From the NCBI GenBank assembly GCA_964363895.1, contig CAYIJV010000001.1, positions 20,607 through 44,606 of the forward strand: a stretch of DNA of 24,000 nt, read 5' to 3'. This document shows, one piece after another, positions 6,347-14,007 of this stretch. The position numbers and the translations under genes are program-made. Under the pieces are notes generated by a model. The model saw nothing but the letters and a program-made list of their open reading frames with translations. It made no database searches and had not been told where the DNA came from. Within the stretch, counting starts at the first letter, position 1. Each line of letters begins with the position of its first letter. This DNA is from an uncultured Candidatus Saccharibacteria bacterium. Its GTDB lineage: Bacteria; Patescibacteriota; Minisyncoccia; Phycocordibacterales; UBA2100.

Positions 6347-7374
6347 TGCGACATGCTCTTCAGGACTTTGAGGTACAAATTCTCGACGATTTTTTGCTGT
6401 GCTTTGCCGGTTTTTACGTAGTGATCCAAGCCAGGCGCCGCATTGATCTCGATGACCCAATATTGGGCGGGCTTATTGGTGATACTTCCTTCTATCATAA
6501 GGTCAACGCCGCAAAGTCGCAGGCCCATATCTTTTGTCAGCTTGACAGCGATGTTCTTAAATTCCGGATGGATTTCTTTTGTCACATCGATCGAATCGCC
6601 GCCGGAGGATAGATTTGCGTTGTCTAAGAGATACACACGCTCTCCTCGAACGGGGACGGAGCGCATGTTCATTTTTTTGCGTTTCAACTTGTTGGCAATA
6701 CGCGGATCATCAATCTTTATTTGCGTGTCACGGCTCGAGGCAAGAAATTCGCGTGCCTTTTTTGTGAGTAGCTGTCGGACAGTTGAACGTCCATTGCCTG
6801 CGACATTTAATGGTATTCGCTCATACGCGGAAATCACCGCCTTATCCAAAACTACAATCCGATAATCTCTTCCGTGCACAGGCTTCTGAATCAAGGCGAT
6901 CTTATCGTTTCGAAATATATATTTCATCGCGCGCAAAAACTCTTGTTTGTTGTGTACGAGCGAGATGCCAACGCCCTGGCTTCCGCTATTTGGCTTCATA
7001 ATGACGGGGAAGCCGAGTTTTTTCGCATAGCGATATCCAGCATCTATGTTGCGATATGAACCGATCGTTTTACACCACTCGTCTGAAAAGAATGCTTTGC
7101 CGGGAATGGTCGGGTATCCCATGCGGCGCATGAAAAAGGTTGCATAGTCTTTGTCTTTCGAAATGTCCGCCGATCCGACAGGGTTGAGATCGACGGTGTT
7201 GTAACGGAAGTAGCGATGTATGCCGGCCTTACCCGCTTTTGCTGGGTAACGGATCTGGCCCGCAATCTGCCAATTCGGCTCCAGTGTTACTCGCGCACCA
7301 ATGCGGGTGGCGAGTCTTTTGAGCATTTTCGCAAGGACGAGGCGTTCGGGTTTTCTCTTCATGTGCGGTATCAT
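6343..7374 (-). CDS. ATP-grasp ligase related to the cyanophycin synthetase / GshF ATP-grasp domain (stand-alone)
   Basis: FPVIMKPNSGSQGVGISLV, DYRIVVLDKAVISAYERIPLNVAGNGRSTV, NLSSGGDSIDVTKEIHPEF and VIEINAAPGL resemble CphA G-domain strings (recalled). No Mur-ligase-like domain follows. An alternative start is at 7362. Confidence 0.7.
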   Translation of the reverse strand: MIPHMKRKPERLVLAKMLKRLATRIGARVTLEPNWQIAGQIRYPAKAGKAGIHRYFRYNTVDLNPVGSADISKDKDYATFFMRRMGYPTIPGKAFFSDEWCKTIGSYRNIDAGYRYAKKLGFPVIMKPNSGSQGVGISLVHNKQEFLRAMKYIFRNDKIALIQKPVHGRDYRIVVLDKAVISAYERIPLNVAGNGRSTVRQLLTKKAREFLASSRDTQIKIDDPRIANKLKRKKMNMRSVPVRGERVYLLDNANLSSGGDSIDVTKEIHPEFKNIAVKLTKDMGLRLCGVDLMIEGSITNKPAQYWVIEINAAPGLDHYVKTGKAQQKIVENLYLKVLKSMSH

Positions 7375-7398
7375 GGCACAATCTATTCAATGAGACTC

Positions 7399-7426
7399 TT
7401 GACATTTAGCATGAAGGTAGTATCGT
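7399..7426 (+). promoter_or_regulatory. Candidate sigma70-type promoter for purL (near-leaderless)
   Basis: TTGACA at 7399-7404, a 16-nt spacer, then TATCGT at 7421-7426 (or TAGTAT at 7418-7423). The ATG at 7432 lies 5-8 nt downstream and has no good SD. Confidence 0.3.
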
Positions 7427-7431
7427 GAACC

Positions 7432-10419
7432 ATGGTAAATCGAATTGCAGTCTCCACAAAGATATCCGACGCGCGAGCGCAAAGTTATCTCCACACTTTG
7501 CAAACAAGGTTTCCTGAAAGCGGCTTGAAGGCCGCTTCTCTCGTACAGGTGTATACCGTTGATGCGAAACTTTCGGCCGCTGAACTAGATACTGCCGCGC
7601 AACGTCTCACGAATCAGATCACGGAAATGTACTCCACGGAAGATGTACCGACTCCGGTGTTGTACGCATACGCGATAGAAATCGGGTTTTTGCCCGGTGT
7701 AACCGATAATGTCGGAAAGACAGCGCGGCAAACGATCGAGGATTGTTTGGATCGCTCACTCAAAGAAGGTGAGGATGTTTATTCTTCAAAGACTCTTTTC
7801 CTCGATGGAGCAATTACCGCTCGCGATGTAGCAACAATGGCACATGAACTCCACAACCCGCTCATCGAGCGGGCTTCTGTCTTTTCTAAAGCGGAGAGTG
7901 GAGGAGATTTTCCGATCGTAGTTCCGAAAGTGTCTCTGATGAAAGTCGTCGGGACGGATGAAGTCGATCTCGGTGTAAGCGATGCGGAACTTCTAAAAAT
8001 TGGAAAAGAGGGAATTGCGGACAAATGCCTGCCTGCCGGTAGGCAGGGCACGCGCCGGGGTCCTCTCTCACTTTCTCTGCGCGCTCTCAAAATAATCCGT
8101 GGCCACTTCGAGAAAGTTGGTCGGAACCCTACAGACGTAGAATTGGAATCATTGGCACAGACGTGGTCTGAGCATTGCAAGCACACGATCTTTGCTGATC
8201 CGTTGGATGAGGTCAAAGAAGGGATCTATCGTCGTTACATCAAGGGGGCGACAAAAAGAATCCGAAAACAAAAGGGCAAGAAAGATTTCTGCGTTTCCGT
8301 ATTTAAAGATAATTCTGGCGCGATCGCATTCGATAAAGAATATCTCATTACGCATAAAGTGGAGACACATAATTCTCCATCGGCACTTGATCCGTTCGGA
8401 GGGTCAGTCACTGCGATCGTCGGGGTCAATCGGGATTGTCTGGGCTTTGGGCTTGGTGCGAAGCCGATAGCAAATACATACGGATTTTTCGTAGCAAGCC
8501 CAGAAGACCGGAGAGAATTCTTCCGTGATAAAAAGAAAAAGCAACAGCTCCTGCCCGCGCGAAGAATTCTTGAAGGTGTTATTCACGGCATCAACGCTGG
8601 CGGAAATGAAAGCGGTATCCCGACGTCCTTGGGATTTGTGGCGGTAGATCCGAGCTTCCGCGGGAAGCCGCTGGTCTTTGGCGGGACCGTCGGCCTCATT
8701 CCCCGTAGCGGAAGAAGTTCGCTACGGGGCAAGCCTCGCAATCTTCACGAGAAGTGTGCCGAGCCGGGAGATTACATCGTGATGATAGGCGGTCGTGTCG
8801 GACTCGACGGCATTCATGGTGCGACGTTCTCTTCCGAATCGCTTGCCTCGGGAAGCCCTGCGACAGCGGTGCAAATTGGCGATCCAATTACACAAAAGAA
8901 ACTCTCTGACGCGCTTATTCGCGAAGCGCGCGACAAGGGATTGTACTCGAGCATAACCGACAACGGCGCTGGCGGACTTTCGGGTTCGGTAGGGGAGATG
9001 GCAAAAGAGAGCGGAGGATGTGAAGTAGATTTGGATACAGTCCCGCTAAAATACCCGGGGCTCGCTCCGTGGCAGATTTGGCTTTCGGAATCGCAAGAGC
9101 GCATGACGTTGTCTGTGCCAAAAAAGAATTGGACAGCACTTAAGAAAATCTTTGACCGACATGATGTGGAGGCTACAAAGATCGGAACATTCACGAATTC
9201 AGGCAAATGTGTTGTTCGTGCAAAAGGGCATGTCGTGATGGACGTGGAGCTCGCATTTCTCCACGATGGTCGCCCAATCGAAAAACAAAAGACTAAAAAA
9301 GTTACCCATGTTTTTCCCGAAGTATCGAATCGGGCGCGAAATATAGAATTGGGCCAATTGATGCTTGATGTCTTGGCACGACCGAATGTCGGTTCGATCT
9401 CCTTCATTTCAGAGCAATATGATCATGAAGTTCAGGGGACATCTGTCACGAAACCGCTCCATGGTAGGGGGCGTGTAAACGCGGACTCTGCAGTTCTGCA
9501 GCCTGTACCCAGTTCTTCTCGCGGCATCGTTCTTTCATACGGGTATTGTCCGTGGTATTCGCAGATTGATACCTACGCAATGGCTGCTGCGTCCATCGAT
9601 ACTGCCGTTCGTAACGCGATTTGCGCAGGAGCTTCCCGCGATTATCTCGCTATTCTGGATAACTTTTGCTGGTCATCTTCGGAGAAGCAAGAGCGATTGT
9701 GGGAGCTGAAACAGGCAGCAAAAGCGTGCTACGACATCGCGACTGCATACGGCACGCCGTTTATTTCGGGCAAGGATAGTATGTTCAATGATTTCCGCGG
9801 ATACACAGAAAAAGGCGAATCTGTGCATATAGCGGCTCTCCCCACGCTTCTCGTTTCCGCAATCGGTGTTATTCCAGATGTTTCAAAAGCAATAACTCTT
9901 GATTTCAAGCGCGCGGGCGATTTTGTGTATCTTATCGGAGAAACACATGACGAGCTTGGCGGATCGGAATACTACGCTCTCGCTAATCAAATCGGTAAAG
10001 AAGCTCCTGTCGTTAATGCAAAAAAGAACGCAAAGGCATACGATGCACTCGCTAAAACTATTCAAGACGAGCTCGTTGTTTCCGCTATTGGAGTAGGAAG
10101 GGGGGGTCTTGCCGTGGCACTCGCGAAATCGGCAATCGCGGGCCAGCTCGGCGCGAGTTTGGACTTACGAAGTCTGAAGGGGGGCGCGAAGGAGGCTGAT
10201 GCAATACTGTTTTCTGAAAGTCAGGGACGCATGCTGGTCTCGGTGAGGCGATCGGCTCAGAAGTACTTTGAGAAAACGTTTAAAGGTATTCCTCTCGCGA
10301 ACATTGGAGAAGTGACGCAATCGGCATCAGTATCGATTTTGCTGCCGAACACAAAGCTCGAAATCTCCCTCTCCGCGCTTACAGATTCGTATCGGTCGTT
10401 CTTTAAAAACTGGTCATAA
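7432..10419 (+). CDS. purL: Phosphoribosylformylglycinamidine synthase subunit PurL with fused tandem PurS-like N-terminal region
   Basis: PurL core motifs AQTWSEHCKH, VETHNSPSALDPFGG, GRVGLDGIHGATFSS, DNGAGGLSGSVGEMA, SESQERM. At 995 aa it is longer than the roughly 740-aa small PurL. The first ~165 aa contain two PurS-like repeats ending in RLTNQITEMY and ELHNPLIERA. Confidence 0.9.
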   Translation: MVNRIAVSTKISDARAQSYLHTLQTRFPESGLKAASLVQVYTVDAKLSAAELDTAAQRLTNQITEMYSTEDVPTPVLYAYAIEIGFLPGVTDNVGKTARQTIEDCLDRSLKEGEDVYSSKTLFLDGAITARDVATMAHELHNPLIERASVFSKAESGGDFPIVVPKVSLMKVVGTDEVDLGVSDAELLKIGKEGIADKCLPAGRQGTRRGPLSLSLRALKIIRGHFEKVGRNPTDVELESLAQTWSEHCKHTIFADPLDEVKEGIYRRYIKGATKRIRKQKGKKDFCVSVFKDNSGAIAFDKEYLITHKVETHNSPSALDPFGGSVTAIVGVNRDCLGFGLGAKPIANTYGFFVASPEDRREFFRDKKKKQQLLPARRILEGVIHGINAGGNESGIPTSLGFVAVDPSFRGKPLVFGGTVGLIPRSGRSSLRGKPRNLHEKCAEPGDYIVMIGGRVGLDGIHGATFSSESLASGSPATAVQIGDPITQKKLSDALIREARDKGLYSSITDNGAGGLSGSVGEMAKESGGCEVDLDTVPLKYPGLAPWQIWLSESQERMTLSVPKKNWTALKKIFDRHDVEATKIGTFTNSGKCVVRAKGHVVMDVELAFLHDGRPIEKQKTKKVTHVFPEVSNRARNIELGQLMLDVLARPNVGSISFISEQYDHEVQGTSVTKPLHGRGRVNADSAVLQPVPSSSRGIVLSYGYCPWYSQIDTYAMAAASIDTAVRNAICAGASRDYLAILDNFCWSSSEKQERLWELKQAAKACYDIATAYGTPFISGKDSMFNDFRGYTEKGESVHIAALPTLLVSAIGVIPDVSKAITLDFKRAGDFVYLIGETHDELGGSEYYALANQIGKEAPVVNAKKNAKAYDALAKTIQDELVVSAIGVGRGGLAVALAKSAIAGQLGASLDLRSLKGGAKEADAILFSESQGRMLVSVRRSAQKYFEKTFKGIPLANIGEVTQSASVSILLPNTKLEISLSALTDSYRSFFKNWS
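8027..8050. repeat. GC-rich hairpin element copy A (GCCTGCCTGC-cggt-AGGCAGGGCA), in frame within purL
   Basis: A 7-bp stem, 8028-8034 pairing with 8041-8047. Both 10-mers recur in the same order at 14256-14277 in purB. Encodes CLPAGRQG. Confidence 0.6.
8701..8729. repeat. Perfect 10-bp-stem hairpin (CCCCGTAGCG-n9-CGCTACGGGG), in frame within purL
   Basis: Arms 8701-8710 and 8720-8729 are exact reverse complements. It encodes PRSGRSSLRG in a loop that is about 9-10 aa longer than in B. subtilis PurL (recalled). Confidence 0.55.
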
Positions 10420-10423
10420 CAAT

Positions 10424-10741
10424 ATGGAAAATCTCGAACGATCCAAGAATATCTCAACTCGCGTTGCAGAGGCTCGAGGAAGGCTCTTAAAAGATCTTGA
10501 TGAAAGAAATATGGATGGCGCCTGGATGGAGGCTATGGAAGCAATTGCCGTCTACGGGATGAACATGGAGAAAAAGTATCAGAACGCAAAGAAATTGTTG
10601 GCGTATCACGTGCTTATCGGGAGCACAGTACCTGATGGCGCCGCCGGTATGACTGATGAGGACTTTGAAGGCGATGATTCAATGCTTGTGTTCCTGAAGA
10701 ATCTTCGATCCCGGCTTCTTGGATCGCCGGATACTCTATGA
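10424..10741 (+). CDS. Hypothetical protein (105 aa), translationally coupled between purL and purQ
   Basis: The ORF starts 4 nt after the purL stop and its stop overlaps the purQ ATG (ATGA at 10738-10741). Acidic and helical-looking. No PurS motif recognised. Confidence 0.5.
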   Translation: MENLERSKNISTRVAEARGRLLKDLDERNMDGAWMEAMEAIAVYGMNMEKKYQNAKKLLAYHVLIGSTVPDGAAGMTDEDFEGDDSMLVFLKNLRSRLLGSPDTL

Positions 10742-11514
10742 AAAGGCCTCATGTCATAATTTTCTCCGGCCATGGTCTCAATACCGAGGATGAGACCAAG
10801 ACAGCGTTTGAGTCGGTCGGCGCAACAGCCGATATTATTCACATCAACGACATAATCGCCAGACCGGCGATTCTTGATACGGCGCAGATCATTGTATTTC
10901 CGGGCGGATTTTCGTACGGGGATGACACCGGTTCGGGGAAGGCATATGGCAATCGAGTAAAACAGCATCTTGGTGGTGCAATAGAGAAATTCCTTGCGCG
11001 CGACACGCTGATGGTAGGTATCTGTAATGGTTTTCAAATCATTACGAGCGCGGGAATTTTGCCGGGTGCTCTCATCGCAAATGATTCGGCCCGCTATTCA
11101 TGTAGATGGGTGGATCTGGAGGTAAAGAACGACAGCCCGTGGCTCAAGGGAATAAAGACGATGTCTGTGCCCATTGCACACGGGGAGGGGAAATATTATG
11201 CGCCACATGAGACACTCGAAGTTCTAAAAAAAGAGAACGCGATTGCTCTGCGGTATGTCGAAGGTGAGACCTCGAAACACTTCGATATGCCGGCAAATCC
11301 AAATGGTTCGCTCCAAAATATTGCGGGCATTACCGGATACAACGGACGTGTATTGGGGCTTATGCCTCATCCTGAACGCGCCGTACGCTTCATTCAATTA
11401 CCTCACTGGACCCACCAGCGTGAGGAGTATGTGCGGCAAGGCCGGGCCTTGCCGTCAGAAGGGTCGGGGCTTCAGTTATTCAAAAATGCGGTACACTACT
11501 TTCATGATAAATAA
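10738..11514 (+). CDS. purQ: Phosphoribosylformylglycinamidine synthase, glutaminase subunit PurQ
   Basis: Class-I amidotransferase triad context: GICNGFQ (Cys nucleophile), MPHPER. Confidence 0.9.
   Translation: MKRPHVIIFSGHGLNTEDETKTAFESVGATADIIHINDIIARPAILDTAQIIVFPGGFSYGDDTGSGKAYGNRVKQHLGGAIEKFLARDTLMVGICNGFQIITSAGILPGALIANDSARYSCRWVDLEVKNDSPWLKGIKTMSVPIAHGEGKYYAPHETLEVLKKENAIALRYVEGETSKHFDMPANPNGSLQNIAGITGYNGRVLGLMPHPERAVRFIQLPHWTHQREEYVRQGRALPSEGSGLQLFKNAVHYFHDK
11435..11453. repeat. 19-nt perfect palindrome GGCAAGGCC-g-GGCCTTGCC inside purQ
   Basis: Exact 9-bp arms. It encodes RQGRALP near the PurQ C-terminus. Confidence 0.5.
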
Positions 11515-12034
11515 AACATTTGTCGGTATTCTCATGGGCTCGGATTCGGATTTACCGATTATGCAGGATGCGGCCAAAGTGCTGGAGGAACTTGGGATAG
11601 GTTGCGAAGTCCATACACTCTCTGCTCACCGTACGCCTGAAGCCGTTGTTGAGTATGTGAAAAAGGGCGAGTCGAGTGGTTACAAAATGTTCATCTGCGG
11701 CGCCGGAGGCGCCGCGCACCTTGCAGGAGTCGTCGCGGCGCATACCTCGCTTCCTGTTATTGGTGTTCCTATTATGAACAAAACCACGCAGGGAGTTGAC
11801 GCCCTATTTTCGACCGTACAAATGCCGCCAGGCATTCCCGTAGCGACCGTTGCGATTAATGGCGCAAAAAATGCCGGCATTCTTGCCGCGCAAATTATTG
11901 GATCAGGGGACGCGGATATTAGGGCTAAAGTTTCTGCATATAAGGCAAAAATGTCCGCGGATGTGCTAATGAAAGACGAGAAACTTCAGGAAAAAGGCTT
12001 TAAGAAATATCTCGAAGAGAAAGGTTTGATATGA
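11504..12034 (+). CDS. purE: N5-carboxyaminoimidazole ribonucleotide mutase / AIR carboxylase PurE
   Basis: [17 protein letters not shown] and [14 protein letters not shown] motifs. I chose the ATG at 11504 (an 11-nt overlap with purQ) rather than the listed 11243, which runs through purQ in another frame. Confidence 0.9.
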   Translation: MINKTFVGILMGSDSDLPIMQDAAKVLEELGIGCEVHTLSAHRTPEAVVEYVKKGESSGYKMFICGAGGAAHLAGVVAAHTSLPVIGVPIMNKTTQGVDALFSTVQMPPGIPVATVAINGAKNAGILAAQIIGSGDADIRAKVSAYKAKMSADVLMKDEKLQEKGFKKYLEEKGLI

Positions 12035-13071
12035 GTAAAAGACTTTCTTATAAACGATCCGGCGTAGACATAGATAATGCCAACGAGACTAAGCGCCAGA
12101 TGGGGAAGTTTTTAAAAAACAGCAACGTGCGCGTACTTAACAAAATAGGAGCCTTTGCCACTTTGTTTGATGGCGCTTTCCCAGAATACAAACACCCCGT
12201 ACTTGTTCTTAAGACAGAAGAGCCGGGAACGAAACAGAAGCTTGCGCTTCAGCACAATAGCGTTGAAACGATTTGCTACGATCTCGTGAACCATCTTATC
12301 AACGACGCCATCGTAATGGGCGCAAAGCCGCTCTCTGTGCAAGATTGTATCGTGTGCGGAAAAATGGAAAAAGAAACCATTCTGAAGATCGTCTCTGCAC
12401 TTTCTTTAGCGTGCAAGGAAAACGACTGCATATTAACGGGAGGCGAGACTTCCGAGCAGCCGGGAGTCGTTCCTGCGGGGACATATATTCTGACCGCGAG
12501 CATTGTGGGGGTGGTGGATAAGGAACATATTATTGATGGATCGAAAATAAAATCCGGAGACACCGTTCTTGCTCTCGCATCGAGCGGAGTACATACCAAC
12601 GGGTTTTCGTTAATTCGTAAAATAATGGAGGAGTCACCCGGTATCCTGAAAGAGGAGATTGGCGGACAGCCGTTCATTACAAGCATACTTACGCCCCATC
12701 GCTGTTATTACAATTGCTTGAGAGATCTATTCGGAAAAGAAGAACTAGCGGGCTTAGCCCATATTACTGGAGGAGGAATACAGGAAAATCTAAATCGAAT
12801 ATTACCCGATACTCTGAATGCCGAAATACATCTGGAAAAAATAAGGATCCTGCCAATTTTCAAAACACTCAAACAATTCGGCGCTCTTGAAGATGCCGAC
12901 ATGTTACGGACCTTTAATATGGGAGTGGGTATGACAGCCGTTATAAAACAGGCATTTACGGAAGAGGCTATTGCGCACTTCAAACAGTTCGACATCGCCG
13001 CCTACCCGATAGGGGTTATCACAAAAGGCAATAAGCAGGTAGATTTTATCGGGGAGCTACAATGGGAATAG
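12031..13071 (+). CDS. purM: Phosphoribosylformylglycinamidine cyclo-ligase (AIR synthetase)
   Basis: YKRSGVDID, DLVNHLINDAIVMGAKPL, GGETSEQPG and SSGVHTNGFSLIRK motifs. A 4-nt ATGA overlap with purE. Confidence 0.9.
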   Translation: MSKRLSYKRSGVDIDNANETKRQMGKFLKNSNVRVLNKIGAFATLFDGAFPEYKHPVLVLKTEEPGTKQKLALQHNSVETICYDLVNHLINDAIVMGAKPLSVQDCIVCGKMEKETILKIVSALSLACKENDCILTGGETSEQPGVVPAGTYILTASIVGVVDKEHIIDGSKIKSGDTVLALASSGVHTNGFSLIRKIMEESPGILKEEIGGQPFITSILTPHRCYYNCLRDLFGKEELAGLAHITGGGIQENLNRILPDTLNAEIHLEKIRILPIFKTLKQFGALEDADMLRTFNMGVGMTAVIKQAFTEEAIAHFKQFDIAAYPIGVITKGNKQVDFIGELQWE

Positions 13072-13074
13072 ATT

Positions 13075-14007
13075 ATGGATATATTGAAAGAAACTGATTT
13101 CAATTTTCTCGGCCCTAAGAAAACGGGCAAGGTGCGGGATATCTATACGCAAAAAGATCGGCTCATTCTCGTTACGACCGACCGGCACTCTTCTTTCGAC
13201 CGCATCATTGCGCATATTCCATGGAAAGGGCAGGTGTTGAATCAGATCAGTGCGTTTTGGTTTGAACAGACCAAAGACATTGTTCCGAATCATGTGCTTG
13301 CGGTACCTGATCCGAATGTGACGGTGGGCAAAAAGTGCACTATGGTGCCTGTCGAGGCGGTAGTGCGAGGATATCTTACCGGAGTGACAGACACAGCTAT
13401 CTGGACACGGTATTCTGCAGGGAAACGGGATTTTGGTGATGTTGTTCTATCTGATGGCATGAAGAAGAATCAGAAATTACCACACCCTGTTTTTGATCCC
13501 ACGACAAAAGAAGACACGCACGATCGTTCTCTTACGCCGGAACAAATGATTTCCGAAGGATTTATTACCAGTGAATTATTCCAAGAGGTAAAAAAGACCG
13601 CTCTGGCGATCTTCGTACGTGGGCAGGAACTTGCCGCGAAAAGCGGACTCATTTTGGTGGATACAAAATATGAGTTTGGTACAGACGAAAATGGCAGACT
13701 TGTCTTGATCGATGAGATACACACTCCGGATTCATCACGATTCTGGCAGATTGATTCGTACGAGACGCGGTTTGCGGAGGGAGAGGAGCCGCAATATTTC
13801 GATAAGGAATTTCTCCGGCTGTGGTTTAAGGAAAACTGTGATCCATATAAAGATGCGACTCTTCCCGAAGCACCTCCAGAGCTTGTGGAGGAGCTCTCGC
13901 GTCGGTATATTCAGATGTATGAGCAAATCACCGGAAAGAAATTTATACCCGGCGAGACCCCAGTCATTCCGCGCATCGAGCGTAATTTAAGATTATATGC
14001 CGTTTGA
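13075..14007 (+). CDS. purC: SAICAR synthetase (long, Ade1-like form)
   Basis: GKVRDIY, TDRHSSFD, LILVDTKYEFG and IDEIHTPDSSRFW motifs. Confidence 0.9.
   Translation: MDILKETDFNFLGPKKTGKVRDIYTQKDRLILVTTDRHSSFDRIIAHIPWKGQVLNQISAFWFEQTKDIVPNHVLAVPDPNVTVGKKCTMVPVEAVVRGYLTGVTDTAIWTRYSAGKRDFGDVVLSDGMKKNQKLPHPVFDPTTKEDTHDRSLTPEQMISEGFITSELFQEVKKTALAIFVRGQELAAKSGLILVDTKYEFGTDENGRLVLIDEIHTPDSSRFWQIDSYETRFAEGEEPQYFDKEFLRLWFKENCDPYKDATLPEAPPELVEELSRRYIQMYEQITGKKFIPGETPVIPRIERNLRLYAV

Noticed and set aside
7375-7431. A purine or ZTP riboswitch upstream of the pur operon.
   Set aside because: The divergent intergenic region is only 57 nt and is mostly occupied by promoter-like hexamers. It is too short for a riboswitch aptamer, and no conserved aptamer strings were seen.
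8514-8571. AGAATTCTT repeated 49 nt apart in purL, flanking the Lys-rich segment EDRREFFRDKKKKQQLL, as a target-site duplication.
   Set aside because: The offset is not a multiple of 3, and the 9-mer is itself a near-palindrome around an EcoRI site. One 9-nt repeat is not significant on its own. The segment may still be a lineage-specific loop.
10424-10741. Calling the 105-aa ORF between purL and purQ PurS because of its position.
   Set aside because: It has no PurS-like motifs, it is longer than PurS, and PurS-like modules are already present at the PurL N-terminus.
11243-11503. A long N-terminal extension of the purE ORF (listed start 11243).
   Set aside because: The extension overlaps purQ in another frame and has no PurE similarity. 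PurE homology begins at [16 protein letters not shown] (ATG at 11504).
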